This document shows, in pieces, positions 17,790-26,762 of a stretch of 49,416 bases of DNA. Position numbers and translations under genes: made by a program. The DNA comes from Acidimicrobiia bacterium. Its GTDB lineage: Bacteria > Actinomycetota > Acidimicrobiia > Acidimicrobiales > VFJN01. Positions within the stretch are counted from its first letter, which is position 1; every line of letters starts with the position of its first letter. The stretch spans positions 1 through 49,416 of the forward strand of contig JBKHJZ010000004.1 in assembly GCA_046537875.1 (NCBI GenBank), read 5' to 3'. The notes below the pieces were generated by a model, which was not told the DNA's origin, searched no databases, and was given only the letters and a program-made list of their open reading frames with translations.

Positions 17790-19199
17790 TCAACGCTCCG
17801 GCGACGATTCCCTTCGGCCACCGGTCCGGGCGTCCCGGTACGAGGCGAGGGCGCGGAGGCGGGCGTCGGCGTGGTCGACGATCGGCGCCGGGTACGTCTC
17901 GCCGAGGGTGATCCCAGCCGCCGCGAGCGCCTCGCGACCGGCCTCCCAGGGGGCGTGGATGCCGGCCCCGTCCAGCCCGCTCAGCTCGGGCACCCACCGG
18001 CGGATGTACCGGCCCTCGGGGTCGTGGGTCCGGCTCTGGGCCACGGGGTTGAAGACCCTGAACCAGGGGTTGGCGTCGGGGCCCGTCCCGGCCACCCACT
18101 GCCAGTTCCCAACGTTCTGGGCGACGTCGCCGTCCGCGAGCAGGTGCCGGAAGTGCCGCTCTCCCCGACGCCAGTCGATCAGCAGGTCCTTCACCAGGAA
18201 CGACGCCGTCACCATCCGGACCCGGTTCGGCATCCAACCGGTGGCGGCGAGCTCGCGCATGCCCGCATCGACGAGCGGGTAGCCGGTGCGGCCCCGGGTC
18301 CAGGCCTCCCAGGTGTCGGGGTCGTTGCGCCACCGGACGCGGTCGAGCTCGGGGCGCACCGCTCGGTCGGGCAGCCAGGGGAGCTCCGCGAGCAGGTGCG
18401 CGTACCAGTCGCGCCAGGCGAGCTGGCGGACGAACGCGGCGCCGGCCGGGTCGGCGTCGCCGACGGCCTCGACCACCCGCCGCGGCGAGATCGTCCCGAA
18501 CCGCAGGGCGACCGACAGGCCGGACGTCGCCGGGATCGCGAGGCTGTCCCGGCTCTCGTGGTACCTGCACGCGGCCTCGTCGAGGAACCGCACGAGGGTG
18601 GCGTGAGCCCCGTCCTCGCCGGGCGGCCGTGGCGGGTCGCCATCGAGCCCCGGGAGCGGGTCGCCGCGCTCGGCCCGGACCGACGCGGCGCCGGGCTCGG
18701 GCCAGGGATCCCACTCGGTGGTGCGCCAGCGGCGATGGAAGGCGCCGAACACGCGGCTCACGCGGCCCCGCCCGGTCAGCACCGAGCCCGGCGGCAGCAC
18801 CAGGTGGCCGTGGCGCGTCGCAACACCGACCCCCAGATCCTCGAGCGCGGCGCGCACCGCCGCGTCCCGGGCCGTGGCGTACGGCGTGACGTCGGCGTTC
18901 CAGTGCACGCACCGGGCGCCGAGTCGCCGCGCCTCCGCAGGGACCACCGCCGGCGGGTCCCCGCGGCGCACCAGGAGCCGCCCGCCGGCCTCCCCGAGCG
19001 ATGCGTCGAGCGCGTGGAGATCAGCCACGAGCTGGCGGTGCCGGAACGGGCCCGCCGCGGCCAGCAGCCGGTCGTCGAGGACGAACAGGGCGGTGACAGC
19101 CTCGTGCCGCGCGGTGGCTGCCGCCCAGGCGGGGTTGTCGGCCAGGCGCAGGTCCCGCCGGAACCAGACGAGCCCGGCACCTCCCGTCCCGGCGCTCAC
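17790..19199 (-). CDS. phr: Deoxyribodipyrimidine photolyase (cryptochrome/photolyase family)
   Basis: WFRRDLRLADNPA, TSGLS..LRFGTISPR, GRTGYPLVDAGMREL, NRVRMVTASFL, WRRGERHF, NVGNWQW, RVFNP. Confidence 0.93.
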   Translation of the reverse strand: MSAGTGGAGLVWFRRDLRLADNPAWAAATARHEAVTALFVLDDRLLAAAGPFRHRQLVADLHALDASLGEAGGRLLVRRGDPPAVVPAEARRLGARCVHWNADVTPYATARDAAVRAALEDLGVGVATRHGHLVLPPGSVLTGRGRVSRVFGAFHRRWRTTEWDPWPEPGAASVRAERGDPLPGLDGDPPRPPGEDGAHATLVRFLDEAACRYHESRDSLAIPATSGLSVALRFGTISPRRVVEAVGDADPAGAAFVRQLAWRDWYAHLLAELPWLPDRAVRPELDRVRWRNDPDTWEAWTRGRTGYPLVDAGMRELAATGWMPNRVRMVTASFLVKDLLIDWRRGERHFRHLLADGDVAQNVGNWQWVAGTGPDANPWFRVFNPVAQSRTHDPEGRYIRRWVPELSGLDGAGIHAPWEAGREALAAAGITLGETYPAPIVDHADARLRALASYRDARTGGRRESSPER

Positions 19200-20671
19200 G
19201 CCGGGCGCGGACCGACGGTCCGCTCCTCGGCGACGGCCGCGATGCGGTGGGCCAGGCGGGAGAAGATCAGCCCGTGGAACGGGATGAGCAGGTACCAGTA
19301 GAGGCGGCCGAGCAGGCCCCGCGGGTAGAAGATCGCCCGCTGCGTCAGCCGGCTCCCGCCATCGCAGCGTGCGAAGCGCCAGTCGAGCCAGGCTTCACCC
19401 GGCAGCTTCATCTCGGCCCGGAGCCGCACCAGCCGGTCGCGCTCGACCGCCTCGACCCGCCAGAAGTCGACCGCGTCACCCACCCGGATCTCCTCGGGAT
19501 GGCGGCGACCCCGCCGCATTCCCACGCCGCCGACCAGCTTGTCGACTGCGCCCCGCAGGCTCCAGAGCATCGGCGTCACGTACCACCCGCGCTCGCCGCC
19601 GATGCCCGCCACGGTGGCGAACAGGGCGGCCTCGGTGGCACGGGTGGTGACCGTCGACTCGTCGACCAGCAGGCTGCCCCCGGCCCAGGCCGGGTCGCTC
19701 GGCAGGGGATCCGCCGGCGACCGTCCCGGGAGCGTGGCGTCCGACCACCGGGTTGCGACCTGCCTCTCCGCCGAGTGTGCCAGCGCCAGCTCGACCGACG
19801 TGCGGAACGGCAGCGGGTCGGGCACCACGGTGGCGGCGTCGGGAGGCGGGCGGGTGACGATCACCTCGCTGATCAGGCTCTCGACCAGCGGCCTCGCCAG
19901 CCCGCTCGGCAGCGGCGTGACCAGCCCGATCCACAGCGAAGACAGCTTGGGGCTGAGCAGAGGTACGCCGAGGACGAGGCGGCGGGGCAGGCCGGCCACC
20001 TCGGCGTAGACCCGCATCATCTCCCGGTAGGTCAGCACGTCGGGGCCGCCCACCTCGAGCACCTCGCTGCCCCCCGTGCGCTCGGCTGCGGCCACCAGCC
20101 ACCGGAGGACGTCGCGGATCGCGGTCGGCTGGCAGCGGTTCTCCACCCACCGGGGCGTCACCATGACGGGCAGCACCTCGACCAGGTACCGGAGCATCTC
20201 GAAGCTGGCCGAGCCCGAACCGATGATGAGCGCCGCCCGCAGCTCGGTGACCGGGGTCGGCCCGGCCGCCAGGACGCGTCCGACCTCGTGACGGCTGCGC
20301 AGGTGGCGGGAGAGCGACGGATCGTCGTCACGCCCCAGCCCGCCCAGGTAGACGATGCGTCCCAGGCGCGCGGTCGCCGCCGCGTCGTGGAAGCAGGCGG
20401 CTGCGCGGCGGTCCTCCTCCTCGAACGCCGGTGAGGTGCCCATCGAGTGCACCAGGTAGTAGGCGACGTGCGCTCCCCGCATCGCCTCGCCGAGGGCCCG
20501 CTCGTCGGTCACGCTGCCCCGCACGACGTCGACGCGCGGGCGCCACGGCACGTCGTCCAGCTTCGACGGCGTGCGTGCCAGGCAGCGCACCTCGTGCCCC
20601 GCCGCGAGCAGCTCCGGCACCAGCCGGCCGCCGATGTAGCCCGTTGCACCGGTGACCAGGACGACCGCCAC
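19196..20671 (-). CDS. NAD(P)-binding SDR/epimerase-like protein with DUF2867-like C-terminus (YbjT-like)
   Basis: TGATGYIG, YYLVHSM, HLRSRHEV, GSGSASFEMLR, DFWRVE, AEMKLPGEAWL, GRLYWY. Confidence 0.88.
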   Translation of the reverse strand: MAVVLVTGATGYIGGRLVPELLAAGHEVRCLARTPSKLDDVPWRPRVDVVRGSVTDERALGEAMRGAHVAYYLVHSMGTSPAFEEEDRRAAACFHDAAATARLGRIVYLGGLGRDDDPSLSRHLRSRHEVGRVLAAGPTPVTELRAALIIGSGSASFEMLRYLVEVLPVMVTPRWVENRCQPTAIRDVLRWLVAAAERTGGSEVLEVGGPDVLTYREMMRVYAEVAGLPRRLVLGVPLLSPKLSSLWIGLVTPLPSGLARPLVESLISEVIVTRPPPDAATVVPDPLPFRTSVELALAHSAERQVATRWSDATLPGRSPADPLPSDPAWAGGSLLVDESTVTTRATEAALFATVAGIGGERGWYVTPMLWSLRGAVDKLVGGVGMRRGRRHPEEIRVGDAVDFWRVEAVERDRLVRLRAEMKLPGEAWLDWRFARCDGGSRLTQRAIFYPRGLLGRLYWYLLIPFHGLIFSRLAHRIAAVAEERTVGPRPA

Positions 20672-20821
20672 GTCTCCCGTCTACCCCGCGGTGGCGCCAT
20701 CTCTGCGCCGCGCTCGGCGACACGCCGGGCGATGGGCGCACGCGGCCACGGCACTGGCGCGTGTGGGAACATCCGGCCGACCTCGCCCACCCCGTCGCAC
20801 CACCCCGAGGACCAACGATCG

Positions 20822-21664
20822 ATGAAGCTTGCCAACCTCGACGGCCGGGCCACCGTGATCACCGACGCCGGCGCGATCGACCTCGACCGTGCCACCGGCG
20901 GTGCGCTCGGTGCCGGCGTTCAGGACGTGTACCAGCGATGGGCCGACGTCCGGGACGCGGCGGCCGGTCTCGACCACCGCGCGGCGACCCCGTACGACAC
21001 GGCGCAGCTTCGCTCTCCGGTGCCGGCCCCACGGCAGGTGTTCGGGATCGGCCTCAACTACCGGGCGCACGCCGAGGAATCCGGCCAGGACGTGCCCGCG
21101 GTCCCCGCCACGTTCACGAAGTTCCCGGCGGCGCTCGCCGGGCCGTTCGACGACGTGCCGCTGTCGGGGGAGACGGTCGACTGGGAGGTCGAGCTGGTGG
21201 TCGTCATCGGCCGTCGGGCCGAGCGGGTGGGGGAGGCCGACGGCTGGGCCCACGTGGCCGGGGTGACCGTCGGTCAGGACATCTCCGACCGAACCCTGCA
21301 GTTCGCCGCCGGTGGGCAGTTCTGCCTGGGCAAGTCGCGCCCGGGGTTCGGCCCGATGGGACCCTGGCTCGTCACCCCCGACGAGCTCGCCGACCCCGAC
21401 GACCTCGCGCTCGGTTGCTCGGTCGACGGCGAGACGGTGCAGGACGGCCGAACCGGCGACATGGTGTTCGCCGTGCCGCGGCTGGTGGCGGAGCTGTCGG
21501 CCGTGTTGCCGCTGCTCCCCGGCGACGTGATCTTCACCGGGACGCCCGCGGGCGTCGGGATCGGTCGCCACCCACCCCGGTTCCTGCGGGCCGGTCAGGT
21601 GCTCGAGTCGTGGATCGAGGGTGTCGGGACGATCCGCAACCGGATCGTGGCGGCGACGACCTGA
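20822..21664 (+). CDS. Fumarylacetoacetate hydrolase family protein
   Basis: GIGLNYRAH, FTKFP, DWEVEL, QDISDR, GKS, GPWLVT, GDVIFTGTPAGVG. Confidence 0.92.
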   Translation: MKLANLDGRATVITDAGAIDLDRATGGALGAGVQDVYQRWADVRDAAAGLDHRAATPYDTAQLRSPVPAPRQVFGIGLNYRAHAEESGQDVPAVPATFTKFPAALAGPFDDVPLSGETVDWEVELVVVIGRRAERVGEADGWAHVAGVTVGQDISDRTLQFAAGGQFCLGKSRPGFGPMGPWLVTPDELADPDDLALGCSVDGETVQDGRTGDMVFAVPRLVAELSAVLPLLPGDVIFTGTPAGVGIGRHPPRFLRAGQVLESWIEGVGTIRNRIVAATT

Positions 21665-21725
21665 GTGGTCGGGCCGGACGACGCGACGAGCGCCGGCCGG
21701 CTCCCGCTGACAGAGGAGGCGACCG

Positions 21726-21762
21726 GCGCTGCGGTCAGGTGGCGCCGACCGGCCCGCAGCGC
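21726..21762. terminator. Possible bidirectional hairpin between convergent genes
   Basis: GCGCTGCGG...CCGCAGCGC 9-bp stem, no U-tract. Confidence 0.3.
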
Positions 21763-21787
21763 GCGCTACGGATCCGGCCGGCCGCTG

Positions 21788-22558
21788 TCATCCGGTGAAG
21801 GACGGCTCGCTCACCACCGGCTCGGCCGGCTCGTCGTCGTCGTCCATGTCGTCGTCCATGTCCATGTCGTCGTGGTCGTCACCGTGGTCGTGGGTCACGT
21901 CGCAGTGCAGCCCGCTCACGCCGACACCCCCGAAGCGGTGGTCGCAGTCGTTCTCGACGATCCAGACGTGCATCATCGGCGACCCGAGGGCCTGCGACGA
22001 TCCCGGCGGGCAGTCGGGGTCGTCGGGATCGGTGATGCCGGCGAACGTGCCGTCGGGGCCGACGCACAGCTCCGGATGGACGTGCCAGCCCGGCAGCCAG
22101 GCGATGTCCTCGGGTATGTCGTCGATGGTGTCGTTCGGGCTGAGCATGAACATCGCCGAGACCAGCTTCCACCGGCCGTCCGGCTGCGCCTGGTACACGA
22201 GCGACTCGGAGAACTCGGGCTCGATCAGGTGGTCGTCGAACATGTAGCCCGGGTTGATCCAGTGGTCGTAGCCACCGGGTGCCGTGGCGCCGAACTCGAA
22301 GTACCCGAGGTCGCCGAGCTCCTGTTCGAGCTCCTCGTACGTGGCGAGGGTCGGGAACGTGTCGGGGAGCACCTGCTCCGTCTTCTCGATCAGGTCGAGC
22401 ATGTACTCGATCTGCTCGTCGGTCCAGTCGCCGGGCGGTATCAGCCCCTCGGTCTCCTGCTGGGCGGCGGCCGGGCCGCCCAGGACCATCGCGAAGACCG
22501 CTGCCACCACCAGGCAGAGGCCTCCGAGCGTGCGGCGCGTCGAGCCGACTCGTGGCAT
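21788..22558 (-). CDS. Secreted hypothetical protein with His motifs and an acidic His/Met tail
   Basis: Signal peptide (RR, hydrophobic core, PAAA|QQ); YDHW, WHVHPELC, MMHVW; tail HDHGDDHDDMDMDDDMDDDDEPAEPVVSEPSFTG; strong GC3 codon bias. Confidence 0.85.
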   Translation of the reverse strand: MPRVGSTRRTLGGLCLVVAAVFAMVLGGPAAAQQETEGLIPPGDWTDEQIEYMLDLIEKTEQVLPDTFPTLATYEELEQELGDLGYFEFGATAPGGYDHWINPGYMFDDHLIEPEFSESLVYQAQPDGRWKLVSAMFMLSPNDTIDDIPEDIAWLPGWHVHPELCVGPDGTFAGITDPDDPDCPPGSSQALGSPMMHVWIVENDCDHRFGGVGVSGLHCDVTHDHGDDHDDMDMDDDMDDDDEPAEPVVSEPSFTG

Positions 22559-22676
22559 TGGTGCTCCCCCATTCTGAGACTGCTTCCGGGCACCCTAGGC
22601 CACGGGAGCCGGGTTTGCCCAACGTGTGCAACTTTCCACCGGGCGGCCGGTGCGGTCCCGGCGGTAGCGTGGCGAT

Positions 22677-23537
22677 GTGGCCCACCTGCGCGGGGAGATC
22701 GACCAGCGGATCGCCGTGTCGCCCGTGTCCGGCGTGCTGGGAGCCGAGGTGGACGGCGTCGACCTCGCCTCCGACCTCGACGACGGGACGGTCGCCGCCA
22801 TCCACCGGGCGTTCCTCGAGCACCACGTGCTCTTCTTCCGAGACCAGCGGCTCACACCTGAGTCGCTCATGAGGTTCGGGACGCACTTCGGCGAGCTCGA
22901 CACGCATCCGTTCGTCGAGGGCATGGAGGTGCATCCGGAGGTGATCGAGATCGTCACCGAGCCCGACGACGCGATCAACTTCGGCGGCGGGTGGCACACC
23001 GACGTGACCTTCCTCGACGAGCCCGACCTCGGCTCGATCCTCTACGCGGTGGAGGTGCCGCCACACGGCGGCGACACGCTGTTCGCCGACCAGCACTCCG
23101 CCTACGACGCCCTGTCCGACACGATGAAGGGCCTGCTCGACGGGCTGGTGGCGCGGCACTCCGCCGGCCCACAGTACGCCGCCGGCGGCTACTCGACGCG
23201 GTCGCGTTCGATGCGCACGCGCAACGCCGACGTCGCCGACCGGGTCGTCCGCCACCCGGTCGTGCGCACCCATCCCGAGACCGGCCGCAGGGGCCTCTAC
23301 GTCAACCGGGCCTTCACCACCGGCATCGAGGGCATGCACCCCGACGAGTCGGCGGCTCTGCTGCGGTTCCTCTTCTCCCACGCGACCCGTGAGCAGTTCA
23401 CGTGCCGCTTCCGCTGGCGCCCCGGCTCGGTGGCGATGTGGGACAACCGCAGCGTGCAGCACTTCGCCCTGTACGACTACCGGGGCCACCGGCGCCGCAT
23501 GCACCGCATCACGCTGCGGGGGGACCGTCCCCGCTGA
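22677..23537 (+). CDS. TauD/TfdA family Fe(II)/2-oxoglutarate dioxygenase
   Basis: [21 protein letters not shown] (HxD), [33 protein letters not shown]. Confidence 0.93.
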   Translation: MAHLRGEIDQRIAVSPVSGVLGAEVDGVDLASDLDDGTVAAIHRAFLEHHVLFFRDQRLTPESLMRFGTHFGELDTHPFVEGMEVHPEVIEIVTEPDDAINFGGGWHTDVTFLDEPDLGSILYAVEVPPHGGDTLFADQHSAYDALSDTMKGLLDGLVARHSAGPQYAAGGYSTRSRSMRTRNADVADRVVRHPVVRTHPETGRRGLYVNRAFTTGIEGMHPDESAALLRFLFSHATREQFTCRFRWRPGSVAMWDNRSVQHFALYDYRGHRRRMHRITLRGDRPR

Positions 23538-23731
23538 CCCGCCAGACCGCGGCCGGTGGGCGCGCCGGGACACCGGTACGGGGAGTCGCCGACAGGGGAC
23601 CCTCGCCCCTATCGTCGGGAGCCTGTGGCCGCCACAATGTGGTGCAGCGACGGGGCGGACCCGGATGGCGGCCGCCGATCGACGCGTTGCACGCAGCCGA
23701 CGACACACGAAGAACCCGAGGAGAGGACACC

Positions 23732-24364
23732 ATGGCGACGATCCGTCTGGGTGACGAGGCCCCCAACTTCACTGCCGAGACCACCGAGGGCACCATCGAC
23801 TTCCACCAGTGGAAGGGCGACAGCTGGGCGGTCCTGTTCAGCCATCCCGCGGACTTCACGCCCGTGTGCACGACCGAGCTCGGTCGCACCGCCGCGCTGA
23901 AGTCCGAGTTCGACAAGCGCGGTGTGAAGGTGATCGCCCTGTCGGTCGACTCGGTCGAGGACCACAAGAACTGGAGCCCCGACATCGGCGAGGTGACCGG
24001 CAACAACCCCAACTTCCCGATCATCGCCGACCCGGACCACAAGGTCTCGGAGCTCTACGACATGATCCACCCAGGCGAGGGCGACACCTCCACGGTGCGG
24101 TCCGTCTACATCATCAGCCCCGACAACAAGGTGAAGCTCACGCTCACCTACCCCAAGTCGGTGGGCCGGAACTTCGACGAGCTGCTCCGGGTGGTCGACG
24201 CCTTGCAGCTCACCGATGCCATGCCCGTGTCGACGCCCGTCGACTGGACCAGCGGCCAGCGGGTCATCGCCGCGCCCACCATGTCGACCGACGAGGCGCG
24301 GGAGCGTTTCGGCGAGGTCGAGGAGGCCAAGCCCTACCTGCGTTGGGTGCAGCCGACCGGCTGA
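23732..24364 (+). CDS. 1-Cys peroxiredoxin (Prx6 / LsfA-like)
   Basis: LFSHPADFTPVCTTELG, YPKSVGRNFDELLR, TPVDW, PYLR; single Cys; GAGAGG RBS. Confidence 0.95.
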   Translation: MATIRLGDEAPNFTAETTEGTIDFHQWKGDSWAVLFSHPADFTPVCTTELGRTAALKSEFDKRGVKVIALSVDSVEDHKNWSPDIGEVTGNNPNFPIIADPDHKVSELYDMIHPGEGDTSTVRSVYIISPDNKVKLTLTYPKSVGRNFDELLRVVDALQLTDAMPVSTPVDWTSGQRVIAAPTMSTDEARERFGEVEEAKPYLRWVQPTG

Positions 24365-24403
24365 CGCCGCCGGCACCTCTCCGTCGCCGGTGAGGGCCGG
24401 GCC

Positions 24404-25438
24404 GTGACCGTGCGCGTGGGGTTCTACGGGGCGGGGTTCGTCAGCCGCCTCCACGCCGCCGCGCTCCGGGCCAGCCGGGTCGAGAACCAGATCGTGGCGG
24501 TCCACGATCCCGACGGGTCGCGGGCCGCCGCGTTCGCCGGCGAACACGGCGCCACGGTCGTGGGCGAGGACGACCTGCCCCGGCTGGTCGATGCCGTCTA
24601 CGTGACGGCGTGGACCGCGGAGCATCCCCGCCTCGTCGAGAAGGTCGCCGCAGCGGGCGTGCCCGTGCTGTGCGAGAAGCCGCTGGCGTTCGATGCCCCG
24701 ACGGCCGAGCGCATGGCGCAACAGGTCGCCACCGCAGGCGTCGTCAACCAGGTGGGGCTGGTCCTCCGGTTCCTGCCCTCGTTCCGCTGGTTGCGTCACC
24801 TCGTGCGCGACCGGCGCGCCGGCCGGGTGCTCGCCGTGGTGTTCCGCGACGACCAGTACATCCCGGACCAGGGCATGTACGGCTCGACGTGGCGCACCGA
24901 CGCGGCCAGCGCCGGGCGCGGGACGCTCCTCGAGCACTCGATCCACGACGTGGACATCCTGCAGTGGCTGCTCGGCGAGGTGAGCGCGGTGAGCGCCACC
25001 ACCCGGGCGGTCCACGGCCACCACCGCATCGACGACGTGGCGGTGGCACGCCTGGACTTCGTGGGCGGGCCGGTGGCCACGCTGACCTCGGTCTGGCACG
25101 ACGTGCTCGAGCGACCGAGCCTGCGCCGCGTCGAGGTGCTGTGCGAGCGGCTGTTCGTCGCCCTCGAGGGCGATTTCACGGGCCCGGTGCGCTGGCAGTT
25201 CACCGGCGAGGACGAGCGCGTGCTGGCTGGGCGCGATCTGGCGGTCGCGATCGCGGAGGCCGGCGACACGTCCACGGTGAACCCCGCCACGGCGTTCCTC
25301 GCCGCGGTGCGCGACGGCGTCCCCGCCGACCCGTCGATGGCCGACGCCCTGCCGGCCCACCGGGTGGTCGACGCCATCTACGGCTCGGCCGATGCCGGCG
25401 GCGACGTGGTCCGCCTCGCCGACCCCCGCGACGACTGA
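24404..25438 (+). CDS. Gfo/Idh/MocA family oxidoreductase
   Basis: GFYGAGF, CEKP, HSIHDVD. Confidence 0.88.
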   Translation: MTVRVGFYGAGFVSRLHAAALRASRVENQIVAVHDPDGSRAAAFAGEHGATVVGEDDLPRLVDAVYVTAWTAEHPRLVEKVAAAGVPVLCEKPLAFDAPTAERMAQQVATAGVVNQVGLVLRFLPSFRWLRHLVRDRRAGRVLAVVFRDDQYIPDQGMYGSTWRTDAASAGRGTLLEHSIHDVDILQWLLGEVSAVSATTRAVHGHHRIDDVAVARLDFVGGPVATLTSVWHDVLERPSLRRVEVLCERLFVALEGDFTGPVRWQFTGEDERVLAGRDLAVAIAEAGDTSTVNPATAFLAAVRDGVPADPSMADALPAHRVVDAIYGSADAGGDVVRLADPRDD

Positions 25439-25477
25439 CGGCGAACGGGACGCCTCGGGTCGCCCGGGTGCGACAGG

Positions 25478-25753
25478 ATGGGGCCCGTGAAACGAACCAT
25501 CACTGGACAAGCCGCCGGCCGGGCCATGACGCTCGGCGAGCTGCGGCAGTTCGTCTCCTCCATCGAGAACCTCCCCGACGAGGTGCCGGTCAAGGCGCGG
25601 GCGACGCTCCGCCGGCGGCTCCGAGCGGTCACCATCGAGGACGACGACGCAGGGTTCCGCGCCTACGTCCGCGCGGTGAGCAGCGACGACGATGACGACA
25701 CCGGCACCGGCAGGCGGCGGAGGTCGAGCGACACCGATTCGTCGTCCTCGTAG
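25478..25753 (+). CDS. Small hypothetical protein
   Basis: Fills the gap between co-oriented genes with typical codon bias; alternative GTG start at 25487. Confidence 0.6.
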   Translation: MGPVKRTITGQAAGRAMTLGELRQFVSSIENLPDEVPVKARATLRRRLRAVTIEDDDAGFRAYVRAVSSDDDDDTGTGRRRRSSDTDSSSS

Positions 25754-25792
25754 GTCGTCGATCGGGTACCCGACGCAGCCGGCAGCGGTGCA

Positions 25793-26662
25793 GTGAGCGA
25801 GGAGCGGGCGATCCGCATCGAGGACGAGGGCGCGGTCCGGCGCCTCGTCCTCTGCCGCCCCGAGGCGTACAACACGATCACGCCCCAGCTGCGGGACGAG
25901 CTCGCCGACGCCCTCGATCACGCCGAGCGCGACGACCGGGTGAAGGTGCTGCTGCTCAGCGCCGAGGGCCCCGCGTTCTGCGCGGGCTTCGGCCTGGACT
26001 GGTCGACGCGTGCCCAGGGGACCGTCGAGGGGCGCGAGCGGGTGTGGGACACCGTGGCCGACCTGAAGGTGATCGGTCGGTTCGGTGGCACCTTCGCCCG
26101 GCTGCACGAGATCTCCAAGCCCACGCTCGCCGCCGTGCAGGGCTGGTGTGTCGCCGGGGGGACCGACATGGTGCTCAACGCCGACATCATCATCGCCGGC
26201 GAGGGCGCCCGCTTCGGGTACCCGCCAGCGCGCGTGTGGGGGGTGCCCGAGGCCCCGTGGGTGTGGGTGGCCCGGCTCGGGCTCGAGCGGGCCAAGCGCT
26301 ACCTGTTCACCGGCGACGAGCTCACGGCCCGTGAGGCGGCCGCGATGGGCATGATCCTCGAGTGCATCCCGGACGCCGACCTGGAGGAGCGGGCGTCGGC
26401 GCTCGCCCAGCGGATCGCCCGGCTGCCACTGAACCAGCTGCAGATGACGAAGTGGATGCTCAACGACGTCGCGCGCCATCAGTACCAGCCCGACACCAGC
26501 CGGCTGCTCGGGCTGATCTTCGACGGGGTGGCCCGCCACACCCAGGAGGGGCTCGACTTCGTGGCCAGGGCTCGCGAGGTCGGGTGGCGCGAGGCGGTGC
26601 GGGAGCGTGACCGCCCGTTCGGCGACTACGGGGAGCGCGACCGCCCCCGGGACGGGGGTTGA
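25793..26662 (+). CDS. Crotonase/enoyl-CoA hydratase family protein
   Basis: RPEAYNTI, AFCAGFGL, KPTLAAVQGWCVAGG, FGYPP, LFTGD. Confidence 0.9.
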   Translation: MSEERAIRIEDEGAVRRLVLCRPEAYNTITPQLRDELADALDHAERDDRVKVLLLSAEGPAFCAGFGLDWSTRAQGTVEGRERVWDTVADLKVIGRFGGTFARLHEISKPTLAAVQGWCVAGGTDMVLNADIIIAGEGARFGYPPARVWGVPEAPWVWVARLGLERAKRYLFTGDELTAREAAAMGMILECIPDADLEERASALAQRIARLPLNQLQMTKWMLNDVARHQYQPDTSRLLGLIFDGVARHTQEGLDFVARAREVGWREAVRERDRPFGDYGERDRPRDGG

Positions 26663-26718
26663 GCGCGCGGCAGCGCGGTCCGCTCGCCGGCAGCCTCCGG
26701 TGCCCGGTCCCCGCCCCA

Positions 26719-26744
26719 GGTAATGTGGACCGCTCCGGGTTACC
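26719..26744. promoter_or_regulatory. Imperfect 26-bp palindrome, candidate TetR operator of the Atu-like operon
   Basis: GGTAATGTGGACC|GCTCCGGGTTACC, 9 of 13 positions symmetric, next to putative -10 TAGTGT (26749-26754). Confidence 0.4.
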
Positions 26745-26762
26745 CCCGTAGTGTCCGGGCTG

